NCBI GenBank assembly: GCA_963842085.1
Contig: CAWJET010000002.1
Location: 928,001 to 992,000 of the forward strand
Direction of reading: 5' to 3'
From: an uncultured delta proteobacterium
GTDB lineage: Bacteria > Desulfobacterota > Binatia > Binatales > Binataceae
DNA length: 64,000 nt
In this document: in pieces, positions 39,136 through 48,599 of the stretch
Layout of the letters: every line of letters begins with the position of its first letter
How positions within the stretch are numbered: position 1 is the stretch's first letter
Position numbers and translations under genes: made by a program
The notes under the pieces: generated by a model
Database searches by the model: none
The model's input: the letters and a program-made list of their open reading frames with translations, nothing else
Told to the model about the DNA's origin: nothing

Positions 39136-40443
39136 TTAGGATTCCGAGGCGGTGAATTCTTCTTCCTTGGCGGCCATCTCGAGCGACATGCCGCGGGTTT
39201 CGTCGATCATGAGGCCGAACAGGATGGCGGCGGGGATTCCTACGATCGAAAGTGCGCCGACTACGATCGACATTCCGCCCATCGCGTTGGCCAGGAGTGC
39301 TACCGCGGCGTTCGAGATTACCGAGCCGATCGCGCCGACCAGGGCGAACCAGCCGATCATGGTGCCGCGCAGCGGGGTCGGGAACAGTTCGGTCGCGGCC
39401 GCATTGGCGCCGACTGTGCCGCCGTTGTCGCATACATTGAACCAGAAGTAGCCGCTGGCCAGCCACCAGAACGGCCAGGCGAAATGGGCGGGCGGTCCCC
39501 AGAAGTACCATAGATGTCCGGCGGTGATTGCGACTCCGAAGGCGACCACCGTTGGCACGCGGCCGAATCGCTCCGCCGTCCATGCGCCGAGCGGAAAGCC
39601 CAGCAATCCCAAACCGCCGGCGACGATCGCCATCGTGCTGGTGGCGGCCGCAGACAGGCCGACCACAGAAACCGCGTGATAGTAACCGAACGCGTTCGCG
39701 GCGGTGGTTGAGATATTGGCGGCGAGCGCGCACACGATCATCGTGATCGAACGCTTGCGGTAGAGCGGCTGGAAGACGTCATAGAAGCGGGAGCGGGTGG
39801 TGAACCCGGCCGCGTCAGAAATCTCCCATCGCTCGCTCTCGGGCAACAGCCGCGCCATCGCCGGCAGCATTGCGACGCCCGCCGCCGAAATCACGAACAT
39901 CCATCGCCACGACCATCCGTAGGCGTCGAAGATCGGCATCAGGAATACGCAGAATCCGGCTCCCACCGCGCCCGCCAGGCCGCCGAAGCTCTGGCCGCGT
40001 GCGCGGCGCGCGATCGGCAGTTCCTCGGAGAGCATCACGATACAGCCGGAACCGGCCGCACCGACCATCGCGTAGAGCGCGATCTGAAACATCGTGAACC
40101 AGAGCAACCTGGTCGAAATCGCCGCGCCGATGCTGCAAACGGGAATCGCGGCGACGCACCACAGGATCATGCGGCGGCGTCCGTGGCGATCGATCATCCG
40201 TGAAAGCGCGAGCGCGCCGAAGGCCGACAACGAGATCCATGCGAACAGGCGGGCGATGCCGGCGCCGTCGAGATGGAAGCTCCTGCCGATCCACGGCGCC
40301 GCGACCGAGATAATTGCCGCGGCGAAGCCCTGGTAGAAGAGCATCGCGAGCAACGCAACAATCGTCGCGCGCTCGCGCCGGGCGGAATCGGCGGCCAGCT
40401 GCTCGTCGCTTGAGGGACTCGTCGTCGGCGCGGGATCGCTCAC
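39136..40443 (-). CDS. MFS transporter (aromatic acid/sugar-like)
   Basis: DRHGRRR, EELPIARRARG, LPESERW, ERFGR, TELFPTPLRG, ETRGMSLE; GTG start 40443. Confidence 0.9.
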   Translation of the reverse strand: MSDPAPTTSPSSDEQLAADSARRERATIVALLAMLFYQGFAAAIISVAAPWIGRSFHLDGAGIARLFAWISLSAFGALALSRMIDRHGRRRMILWCVAAIPVCSIGAAISTRLLWFTMFQIALYAMVGAAGSGCIVMLSEELPIARRARGQSFGGLAGAVGAGFCVFLMPIFDAYGWSWRWMFVISAAGVAMLPAMARLLPESERWEISDAAGFTTRSRFYDVFQPLYRKRSITMIVCALAANISTTAANAFGYYHAVSVVGLSAAATSTMAIVAGGLGLLGFPLGAWTAERFGRVPTVVAFGVAITAGHLWYFWGPPAHFAWPFWWLASGYFWFNVCDNGGTVGANAAATELFPTPLRGTMIGWFALVGAIGSVISNAAVALLANAMGGMSIVVGALSIVGIPAAILFGLMIDETRGMSLEMAAKEEEFTASES

Positions 40444-40460
40444 AAAAAAATTCGCGGAGC

Positions 40461-40916
40461 CTAAGCGCCGGCGATCAGCTCGAAGACCGGAGTGCGCGGC
40501 GCGGCGGCGCGAAACGCGTCGGCGGGCGAGCCGGCGGGGATCTCGAAGAAACGCTGAACCTGGGAGGCGAAGCGATCGAGGAACGCTTTGATAATCTCGG
40601 GCTTGTCCGCGTCGGCCGGCTCGCGCACCATCAACGATTCCGACCTGGCGCCGCGCCGCAACACGACATGACCGGCCGCGCGAGCGTTGCGGGCCCATGC
40701 GGTCTCGCCTCGCGCGGCAACCAGCCATCGTCGTCCCTGGAACTCGAGCACGTTGACGGGGGTAGTGAAGGTCCTGCCCGATTTTCTGCCCCGCACTTCG
40801 AGCAACCGCATGTATCCGGGCGCAAATCCGAGCGTAAGCGCCCGCCCCATCAAGCGGTTGAAGAATCGATCGAGGGTGCTTTCCTTCTGAAAAGTCTCGG
40901 GCACGATGGTGAGCAT
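40461..40916 (-). CDS. Deazaflavin (F420)-dependent nitroreductase-family oxidoreductase (DUF385/Ddn-like)
   Basis: LEVRGRKSGRTFTTPV..WLVAARGETAWARNARAAG..PVFEL. Confidence 0.82.
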   Translation of the reverse strand: MLTIVPETFQKESTLDRFFNRLMGRALTLGFAPGYMRLLEVRGRKSGRTFTTPVNVLEFQGRRWLVAARGETAWARNARAAGHVVLRRGARSESLMVREPADADKPEIIKAFLDRFASQVQRFFEIPAGSPADAFRAAAPRTPVFELIAGA

Positions 40917-40947
40917 ATATAAGGATGCGCCGGGTCGAAACCCTGGC

Positions 40948-40976
40948 TTGACAAATGAACGTTCATTCAATACAAA
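40948..40976 (+). promoter_or_regulatory. Sigma-70 promoter with TetR-type operator
   Basis: TTGACA (40948-53) immediately followed by the palindrome AATGAACGTTCATT (40954-67), between divergent genes. Confidence 0.7.
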
Positions 40977-41024
40977 TCGCGGTCAGGAAGCGGTGCTTCA
41001 GCGCCGCATCCATTCATCACAACA

Positions 41025-41687
41025 ATGCCACGAGCCGTCGAAGCTATCCGCGCACAGCCGCAGGACGAGACTTTAGTCAAAGCGCGGCGGCGGCAAATTT
41101 TTCTGGCAGCCTGCCGCGTGCTGGCGCGCAAGTCGTTTCATGAGGCTTCGGTCAAGGAGCTTGCGCTCGAGGCCGGGCTCGCGGCCGGCTCGATCTATCT
41201 CTATCTCGACAGCAAGGACGAGATTATTCCGCTGATCGGCGAGTCAATGGTCGCGGAGCTGGTCGAGATGCTGCCGGCGATTCGCGAGCGCACCGGCGGC
41301 GACCCGCGGCGCGAACTGATCGACGTGATGCGCGCGATACTCGACGTTATCGATCGTTATCGCGAGGCCTTCAACGTGCTCCATCACGAGGCCCGTTACC
41401 TCGAGCGCCGCCCGCAGTATCGCGCCGCGATGAAGAAGATAGGCGGCGACTACCTGGGCACGGTGGCCGAAATTCTCGAGCGCGGCCGGCGCATCGGGGT
41501 GATTCATTTCGAGGATTCGCGCAGCGCCGTTCACGCGATTCACATGCTGTGCGCGGGGTGGGCGATGGGCGCGAACAATCTCAAGGGCACGGACAAGGAG
41601 ACTTACTGGCGCGAAATTGCGGCGCTGGTCGAAGGCCGCTTCTTCGCGTCCGTTAATGGAGCAGGCACTGCGAGCGCGACTCGCTGA
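41025..41687 (+). CDS. TetR/AcrR-family regulator
   Basis: RRRQIFLAACRVLARKSFHEASVKELALEAGLAAGSIYLYLDSKDEI. Confidence 0.92.
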   Translation: MPRAVEAIRAQPQDETLVKARRRQIFLAACRVLARKSFHEASVKELALEAGLAAGSIYLYLDSKDEIIPLIGESMVAELVEMLPAIRERTGGDPRRELIDVMRAILDVIDRYREAFNVLHHEARYLERRPQYRAAMKKIGGDYLGTVAEILERGRRIGVIHFEDSRSAVHAIHMLCAGWAMGANNLKGTDKETYWREIAALVEGRFFASVNGAGTASATR

Positions 41688-41717
41688 CACGGCGCGGTTA
41701 TCACGAGGAGTTACCAG

Positions 41718-42338
41718 ATGGCACTTTACGACAGGCGAACTCTCGACGGCGTTTACAGCGTCCGCCAGAGCGTCATCTACATCCAGAATTATCGCTACGC
41801 CGAAGAGCGCATGATGCGCATGATGGCCGGATGGATCGCGCTGACGCCCGAGCTCGCGGTCAAGCTCGAAATGGCCAAGCAGGTGTACGAGGACGCGCTG
41901 CATACCGACGCGCTGGGCAAGCGCCTGCCCGAACTTCGCGCGCAGCCGCAGATTTCCAAGCCGCCTAACGACGCCTTCGTCACGTTCATGAACGCGATCG
42001 AGGACAAGGAGCAATGGGACGACACGATCGAGCGGCTGGTCGGAATCTACCGCGTGCTGAAGCCGCACCTGATTTCGCACTACAGCTCGCATCTGACCGC
42101 GATGAATCCCGTATATGAGCCCCCTACCCTTCGGATCCTGCAGCGGCTGGTCGAGGAGGAGAAGGCGCACGTCGAGCGCGGCAGCGTGCTGCTCGATGAA
42201 CTGCTCGACTCGAAGGAAAAGCATCTGCGCGCCGCGAATTGGCAGTCGCATCTCGAAGAGTTGCTAGGCGCGTCTGGCGGAGTGACGGGATTTGAATCCG
42301 ACGAGCCGGCGCCGCGCAGGAAGGTCGGACGCAGCTAA
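41718..42338 (+). CDS. Ferritin-like four-helix-bundle protein
   Basis: YAEERMM..YEDALHTDALGKRLPEL..RLVEEEKAH; GAGGAG RBS. Confidence 0.7.
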   Translation: MALYDRRTLDGVYSVRQSVIYIQNYRYAEERMMRMMAGWIALTPELAVKLEMAKQVYEDALHTDALGKRLPELRAQPQISKPPNDAFVTFMNAIEDKEQWDDTIERLVGIYRVLKPHLISHYSSHLTAMNPVYEPPTLRILQRLVEEEKAHVERGSVLLDELLDSKEKHLRAANWQSHLEELLGASGGVTGFESDEPAPRRKVGRS

Positions 42339-42339
42339 G

Positions 42340-42735
42340 ATGATTCACGTAGATAAAATCGACGATCTGCGCGAGGCGATCGCGGCGCATGCGGCAGCGC
42401 TCGGGGCAGGCGACAGCGCCAGGGCCGAAGCGTTCGCGCTTCCGCAAGCGCTCGAAACGCATCGGCAAGCGGCGGCGGAGATTGCGCGAATCCCGCAGCC
42501 GGTCAAAGTCGAGGTGCTGGCGCTGGCGAAGGTCGGCTTCCAGTACATCTCGAAACTCAGATTCACGGGCGCCGGCGCGATGCGCCGCGTGCTGTACCGA
42601 TGGCGCAAGGAGCCCGACGGCAAATGGCTGATCGTCAGCGTCGAGGACACCACCGGCAAACGCTCGCCGTGGAGCGACATTCCCGATCTGGCGGCCGCGG
42701 CTGCGCAAGCTCGCGCGGGGAACGGCAATGCCTGA
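42340..42735 (+). CDS. Hypothetical protein (possible NTF2-like fold), paralogue of the next gene
   Basis: EVLALAKVGFQYISKLRFTGAGA..DGKWLIVSVEDTTGKRSPW. Confidence 0.7.
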   Translation: MIHVDKIDDLREAIAAHAAALGAGDSARAEAFALPQALETHRQAAAEIARIPQPVKVEVLALAKVGFQYISKLRFTGAGAMRRVLYRWRKEPDGKWLIVSVEDTTGKRSPWSDIPDLAAAAAQARAGNGNA

Positions 42736-43114
42736 TCTCGGAGAACGCGGCAATGTGATGGGCCCGCAGCCGATCGCTCCGATCGTCGAGCCGCCGGCCG
42801 CGATGTTCACGGCGGCCGACCGTCTGCTGAACGCGCTGGTGCGCGGCGACCATGCGACGATCGAAGAGATGACGCCGGCGCACGTGCGCGACGAGATGAT
42901 GCAGATCGTCAAGGCGATTCCGCCAAACAAGTATGATAAGTTCGAGGTGATTGGACGCGCGCGCGTCTCGCGTCATTATTTTTTGAAAGCGCGACTCACG
43001 GGCGCCAATGCCGAACCGTTCAAGCTTCAGTTTCGGCTCGGCGAGACCGATGGCAAGTGGACCGTTCGCGAAGCGTTGAACCTGACCGGACGCCGGTCAG
43101 CGTGGACCAAGTGA
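42728..43114 (+). CDS. Hypothetical protein (possible NTF2-like fold)
   Basis: EVIGRARVSRHYFLKARLTGANA..DGKWTVREALNLTGRRSAW; overlaps the upstream stop. Confidence 0.7.
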   Translation: MPDLGERGNVMGPQPIAPIVEPPAAMFTAADRLLNALVRGDHATIEEMTPAHVRDEMMQIVKAIPPNKYDKFEVIGRARVSRHYFLKARLTGANAEPFKLQFRLGETDGKWTVREALNLTGRRSAWTK

Positions 43115-43127
43115 AGGAGCAAGCTCG

Positions 43128-43928
43128 ATGCAAAGAATGATTCCCGTCGACAAGCTGGCGCGTCCCGAGGACCATATTCTGCTGCCCGCCAATCGGACGC
43201 GAAACGCCCGCGCTGAACAGGGACTGTCGCCCGGCAATGCGATGCCGTACGAGGATGACTTCCTGAAGTCGCGCATGCACGGCATCTGCGGCGGCGAATT
43301 CCAGGCGATGGAAGCGGCCGGCCGCACGCTCTACGACTTTCCCGACGCGCCGTGGGAGTTCCAGCTCGACATGGCGCGCCAGGTCTGGGACGAATCGCGC
43401 CACGCCGAGATCTACATGAAGCTGCTCGAATACGTCGGCTCCTACTACGGCGAATTCCCCGAAGGCGAAGTGCTGTGGTCATGCACGCAGGCCGAGGATC
43501 CGGCGGCGCGTGTCGCGGGAATCAACCGCGGGCTCGAGGGACTGGCGTGCGACGTCTTCGAGCAACTCATCCGTATTGCGCAGAAAATGGGCGACAAGAT
43601 TATCGAACGCTCGGTGGATTACGTGCTGGCCGACGAGATCACTCACGTGCGCATGGGATCGCAGTGGATGCGCAAGCTCACCGAGGGCGACCCCGAGCGC
43701 TTCAAGCGCGCGCAGGAATTCCAGGATCGGATCGACGAGCTGTTCAACTTCGGCCCCGGCCGCAAACACGTCGAAGATGCCGATCACGTCAAGCAGCGCA
43801 TCAACGACAAGGAAATCGAGATTGACTCGGGCATCACGATCGCGCGCGAGGCGCGGCTGCTGGCCGGCTTCACCGAAGAGGAGATCGATCGGCTGGTGAA
43901 GGGCTTCGGCAAGAGCGCGGCGTACTGA
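43128..43928 (+). CDS. DUF455-like ferritin-superfamily diiron protein, copy 1
   Basis: GEFQAMEA..PWEFQLDMARQVWDESRH..GLEGLACD..DYVLADEITHVRMG..EARLLAGFTEEEI. Confidence 0.82.
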   Translation: MQRMIPVDKLARPEDHILLPANRTRNARAEQGLSPGNAMPYEDDFLKSRMHGICGGEFQAMEAAGRTLYDFPDAPWEFQLDMARQVWDESRHAEIYMKLLEYVGSYYGEFPEGEVLWSCTQAEDPAARVAGINRGLEGLACDVFEQLIRIAQKMGDKIIERSVDYVLADEITHVRMGSQWMRKLTEGDPERFKRAQEFQDRIDELFNFGPGRKHVEDADHVKQRINDKEIEIDSGITIAREARLLAGFTEEEIDRLVKGFGKSAAY

Positions 43929-43949
43929 TCGTTCGCAAAGGAATTCGTC

Positions 43950-44720
43950 ATGGAAAAATGCATCCCGGTTGACCGTCTCGCGCGTCCCGACAATTGGGTG
44001 GTGCTGCGCAGCCGCCAAGTCCGCGAAATTCGCGAGGAGCAGGGTCTCGAGGCCGGCCGCCCGATGCCGTTCGACGAAGAGACGTTGCGCGCGCGCTTGC
44101 ACGGCATCTACACCGGCGAGTTGCAGGCGATGGAGGCGGCGGGCCGCACGCTGTTCGATTTTCCGGACGCGCCGTGGGAGTTCCAGCTCGACATGGCGCG
44201 GCAGGTGTGGGACGAAGCGCGTCACAGCGAGATTTTCCAGCGGCTCATCGAGTACATGGGCGCGCATCCCGGGGATTATGTCGAGACGGAAATTCTGTGG
44301 CGATGCACGCAGGCGATGGACCCGGCGGCGCGCGTCGCGGGCATCAACCGCGGCCTCGAGGGCCTGGCGTGCGACGTCTTCGATCAGCTCATTCGCATCG
44401 CGCAGCGCAACGGCGACGAAGTGATCGAGCGCTCGGTGGACTACGTGCTCGCCGACGAGATCACGCACGTCCGGATGGGCTCGAAGTGGATGCGCAAGCT
44501 GACCGAGGGCGACCCGGAGCGGCTGGCCAAGGCGCAGGCGTTCCAGGACATGGTTGACGAGGTGTTCAACTTCCGCGGCGGCCGCCTGGCGCAGGAAGAT
44601 ATCGAGAATGACGACGGGCAAGTCGTTGCGATCGCGAAAGAGGCGCGCATGCTCGCCGGATTCACCGAAGAAGAGATCCAGCGGCTGATCAACTCTGCGC
44701 GCAAAAGCGCCGCGTACTAG
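43950..44720 (+). CDS. DUF455-like ferritin-superfamily diiron protein, copy 2
   Basis: GELQAMEA..WDEARH..GLEGLACD..ADEITH..EARMLAGFTEEEI; closely similar to copy 1. Confidence 0.82.
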   Translation: MEKCIPVDRLARPDNWVVLRSRQVREIREEQGLEAGRPMPFDEETLRARLHGIYTGELQAMEAAGRTLFDFPDAPWEFQLDMARQVWDEARHSEIFQRLIEYMGAHPGDYVETEILWRCTQAMDPAARVAGINRGLEGLACDVFDQLIRIAQRNGDEVIERSVDYVLADEITHVRMGSKWMRKLTEGDPERLAKAQAFQDMVDEVFNFRGGRLAQEDIENDDGQVVAIAKEARMLAGFTEEEIQRLINSARKSAAY

Positions 44721-44810
44721 CGGCCAGTAAATCAAAAGCGGCCGTAAGGTATCGCGCCAATCGGGATGCCTGGAACAAACCTCTGACTGCGCGCGGAGTC
44801 GACCGGCAAA

Positions 44811-46121
44811 ATGGCCAATCGGCGGGTAGTCGTGGTGGGAGCGGGGATCGCGGGACTTAGCGCCGCGCTGCGGCTGCGCCAGACGGGCGCCGAGGTCACA
44901 GTATTCGAATCGAGCGACCGCGTCGGCGGCCGCACGAGTTCAGAGACCCACGACGGCTACCTGTACGAGCGCGGGACGCAATTTTTCACGACCACCTATC
45001 GCAACGCATTGGGGCTCATCAAGGAGATGGGCCTCCAGGCCGAGCTTAGACAGACCAGTCCGTGGATTACGCTATTCAACGGCGGGCGGCCGCGCCGGAT
45101 GCCGTCCGGGATGCTGTTTGCCGTGTACGCGGTGACTAGCGGGCTGCTGACGGTGCGCGACCTCGTTCGATTCACCTGGCATACGACGAGCTTGCGATGG
45201 CCCCCGGTCGACGACTACTCGGCGTGGGCGAAGTTCGACGACGAGGACGCCGCGCGATGGAGCGCGCCGCGCCTGGGCCGGGGAGCGGAGTACCTGCTCG
45301 AACCGGTGCTCGCGGGCGGCGCGATGCAGCGGATAGAGGAGACTTCGCGTGCGTGCGCGCTGGCAATCCTGGCGGTGACCGCCAACGGCCGGAGCAAGGA
45401 TATGACGCTCGCGCACGGCAACGACTCGCTGCCGCGCGCGATGGCGGAGCGGGTCAACGTCAAGCTCGAAGCGCCGGTTCAGGCAGTCGAAGCGACGCCC
45501 GACGGCGTGACGGTGCGACTGTCCGGAGAGACGGTTAGCGCCGACGCGGTGGTGCTGGCAACCACGTCGTCAGCCGCGGCGAAAATCTATCACGGCGGCG
45601 ACCGGCTCGAACGCGAGCTCATGGCAACTACCTATGGATCGGTGATCAAGGTCGGCCTGGCGACCAGGCGCGACTGGTCGGACGATGCGGGGCTCGCCAA
45701 TGTGTGGGCGATGATGATCCCGCGCGGCGAGCGGCAGCAAATCGTCTCGGTCACGATCGAATCGGCCAAGGACCCCAAGCGGGTGCCCAAAGGCGCCGAG
45801 ATGCTCAACCTGTTTGTCACGCCGGACAACGCCGAGCGGATGATGGATTGGCCGGACGAACAGGTGGTGAGCGCGGTCGCGCCGGACGTCGAGCGACTGT
45901 TCCCCGGGGCAATCGCCGGGAAGCAGTTCGTGCGGCTGGTCCGCTGGCGCGAGGGGATGCCGAAGTCTCCGGTCGGGCGCGCGCGGGCGCTCGAAGAGTA
46001 CCGCCGCACACGGCCGCGCGACAGCAGGGTATTGCTGGCAGGCGATTACATGGGGATGCCGTATCTTGAATCGGCGATCGAAACCGGCTTCTGGTCGGCG
46101 AGCCGGATCATACAAGGTTGA
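44811..46121 (+). CDS. FAD-dependent oxidoreductase (amine oxidase/HemY-like family)
   Basis: VVGAGIAGLSAA..VFESSDRVGGR..LAGDYMGMPYLESAIETG. Confidence 0.85.
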   Translation: MANRRVVVVGAGIAGLSAALRLRQTGAEVTVFESSDRVGGRTSSETHDGYLYERGTQFFTTTYRNALGLIKEMGLQAELRQTSPWITLFNGGRPRRMPSGMLFAVYAVTSGLLTVRDLVRFTWHTTSLRWPPVDDYSAWAKFDDEDAARWSAPRLGRGAEYLLEPVLAGGAMQRIEETSRACALAILAVTANGRSKDMTLAHGNDSLPRAMAERVNVKLEAPVQAVEATPDGVTVRLSGETVSADAVVLATTSSAAAKIYHGGDRLERELMATTYGSVIKVGLATRRDWSDDAGLANVWAMMIPRGERQQIVSVTIESAKDPKRVPKGAEMLNLFVTPDNAERMMDWPDEQVVSAVAPDVERLFPGAIAGKQFVRLVRWREGMPKSPVGRARALEEYRRTRPRDSRVLLAGDYMGMPYLESAIETGFWSASRIIQG

Positions 46122-46338
46122 CCGCAACGCGGTCCGCGCGGCGTCACGGGGCCTTCGGCAAATTTCAATCCGACGCCTGCTCCCTGCTCGATGCCCTAAA
46201 GAATTGCTTATAATCGTCCCCTTGATTCTTCTAATCGCCTAATCTAGATATTACGATCCCGTGCCTATCGGGGTTGCATTTTGGCATTTCCGTTAAACAG
46301 GAGTTACGTTTCGTAAGGACCGACGTGGAGCGCATGAA

Positions 46339-48159
46339 GTGACGCCCGAACCCAACTCAAACGCAAACACTTCGTCCACCAGCAGCCGCGCGTTGCGCGA
46401 TTGGGTCAACGAAGTCGCCGCGCTCACGAAGCCCGACGCGCTAGTCTGGTGTGACGGTTCCGAAGCGGAGAAAAATCGACTCACCAAACAGGCGGTCGCC
46501 GCAGGAATTCTCATCGAGCTCAACCAGGCCAAGCGGCCCGGCTGCTATCTGCATCGCTCGAATCCCAACGACGTTGCGCGCACCGAACAACTGACCTTCG
46601 TCTGCACCCCGAACAAAATCGACGCCGGCCCGACCAACAACTGGTCCGCTCCCGCCGAGACTTACGCCAAGCTGCGCGGATGGCTCGACGGCTCGATGCG
46701 CGGGCGCACGATGTACGTGGTGCCGTACGTGATGGGCCCGCTCGGGTCGCCGTTCTCGAAGGTCGGCATCGAGCTCACCGACAGCCTCTACGTCGTGCTC
46801 AACATGCGAATCATGACGCGGATGGGTCAGGCCGCACTCGATCAGCTTGGCGACTCCGACAATTTCAATCGGGGAATTCATTGCACGCTCGATCTGAATC
46901 CCGAGCGCCGCCTGATCTGCCACTTTCCGCAAGACAACACTGTCATCTCGGTCGGCAGCGGCTACGGCGGCAATGCTCTGCTCAGCAAGAAATGTTTCGC
47001 GCTTCGAATCGCCAGCGTGCTCGGCCGCGACGAGGGCTGGCTCGCCGAGCACATGCTGATCCTCGGCCTGCGGAGTCCCGAGGGTGAGACCACTTACGTC
47101 GCAGCCGCATTTCCCAGCGCATGCGGCAAGACCAATCTGGCGATGCTGACGCCGCCGGCCGAGTTCAAGGGCTGGAAAATCACTACCGTTGGCGACGATA
47201 TCGCGTGGATGCGCGTCGGGCCCGACGGCGGCCTGCGGGCGGTCAATCCGGAGAACGGCTATTTCGGCGTCGCGCCGGGAACCAGCGCAAAATCGAATCT
47301 CAACGCGATGAAGATGGTCGAGCACGATACGATTTTCACCAACGTCGCGATGACTGCCGACGGCGACGTGTGGTGGGAGAGCATGGACGTGCCCGCGCCC
47401 GACGGCCTGCTCGACTGGCAGGGGCGTCCCTGGAAACGCGACTCGCAGGACAAAGCCGCGCATCCCAACAGCCGCTTCACGACTCCGATGCGCAACAATC
47501 CCGCGTGGTCGCCGCAAGCCGACGACCCTCGCGGCGTGCCGATTTCGGCAATTATTTTCGGCGGGCGGCGCGCCTCGACGGTGCCGCTCGTGCTCGAATC
47601 GATGGACTGGATGCACGGCGTTTTCATGGGCGCCACGATGGGCTCCGAAACCACGGCGGCGGCTGCAGGAGCGGTCGGCGTGCTCAGGCGCGATCCGATG
47701 GCGATGCTGCCGTTCTGCGGTTACAACATGGGCGATTATTTCGCTCACTGGCTCCAGATGCGCAGCGCAATCAAGAAACCGCCGCGCATCTTCATGGTCA
47801 ACTGGTTCCGCAAGGACGCCGCCGGCAACTTCATCTGGCCCGGCTACGGCGAAAACCTGCGCGTGCTCAAGTGGATGCTCGATCGAATCCACGGGCGCGC
47901 CGGCGGCCGCGAGACGCCGGTCGGCATCGTTCCGCACGAGGCAGACCTCGATCTCAAGGGCCTCGATCTTCGCCAGAGCGCGGCGGGGGACGCACTCGCG
48001 GTAAATCCCGCCGAATGGAAGGCGGAACTCGAATCCGCCGGCGAGTTCTTCGAAAAGATCGGGCCGACGATGCCGAAGGAATTGAAAGACCGCCGCCAGG
48101 CGATCCTGAAGTCGCTCAACGGCGAAGCTCCGGCACAGCGAGCCGCCGCCGGGCGTTAG
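46339..48159 (+). CDS. pckG: Phosphoenolpyruvate carboxykinase (GTP)
   Basis: SNPNDVAR, GSGYGGNALLSKKCFALR, WLAEHM, AFPSACGKTNLAM, VGDDIAW, NPENGYFGVAPGT, AHPNSRF, RDPMAMLPFCGY. Confidence 0.97.
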   Translation: MTPEPNSNANTSSTSSRALRDWVNEVAALTKPDALVWCDGSEAEKNRLTKQAVAAGILIELNQAKRPGCYLHRSNPNDVARTEQLTFVCTPNKIDAGPTNNWSAPAETYAKLRGWLDGSMRGRTMYVVPYVMGPLGSPFSKVGIELTDSLYVVLNMRIMTRMGQAALDQLGDSDNFNRGIHCTLDLNPERRLICHFPQDNTVISVGSGYGGNALLSKKCFALRIASVLGRDEGWLAEHMLILGLRSPEGETTYVAAAFPSACGKTNLAMLTPPAEFKGWKITTVGDDIAWMRVGPDGGLRAVNPENGYFGVAPGTSAKSNLNAMKMVEHDTIFTNVAMTADGDVWWESMDVPAPDGLLDWQGRPWKRDSQDKAAHPNSRFTTPMRNNPAWSPQADDPRGVPISAIIFGGRRASTVPLVLESMDWMHGVFMGATMGSETTAAAAGAVGVLRRDPMAMLPFCGYNMGDYFAHWLQMRSAIKKPPRIFMVNWFRKDAAGNFIWPGYGENLRVLKWMLDRIHGRAGGRETPVGIVPHEADLDLKGLDLRQSAAGDALAVNPAEWKAELESAGEFFEKIGPTMPKELKDRRQAILKSLNGEAPAQRAAAGR

Positions 48160-48173
48160 GCTGCCGAGCCGGT

Positions 48174-48599
48174 CTATTCGGCCGACCCGGCAGGCTCGAA
48201 CGGGTTCAAGCAGCGAACGCCGCTGCGCTCAATGTCCTTGAGGTTTCGTGTTACCAGGGTCAGGCCGTGAGCCTCGGCAGTCGCGGCCAGGAGAGAGTCA
48301 ACGACCGCCAGAGGCTCGCGCGCGTTTATACGACCCCAGATCTGCGCGACTCGCTCGTCGACCGGCAGCACTCTTTCGCTGAACAACGCCAAAAGTTCTT
48401 CCAGCCATCGCTCCAGCGAGGCTGCCCGTTCCCTACTTCGCGGACGCAACCGTTCGATTCCTTGTCGTATCTCCCCGACGACGAGAACGCTCAGGAAGAG
48501 TTCGTCGTCGCGGGTATCGCGATACCAGGCGGCTACGTGGCGATCGCAACGCCGGCCTTTGCCGACTTCCGAAATGATGTTCGTATCAATCAGGTACAT
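48174..48599 (-). CDS. vapC: VapC/PIN toxin
   Basis: MYLIDTNIISE..LSVLVVGEIRQG..VDSLLAATAEAHGLTLVTRNLKD. Confidence 0.93.
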   Translation of the reverse strand: MYLIDTNIISEVGKGRRCDRHVAAWYRDTRDDELFLSVLVVGEIRQGIERLRPRSRERAASLERWLEELLALFSERVLPVDERVAQIWGRINAREPLAVVDSLLAATAEAHGLTLVTRNLKDIERSGVRCLNPFEPAGSAE

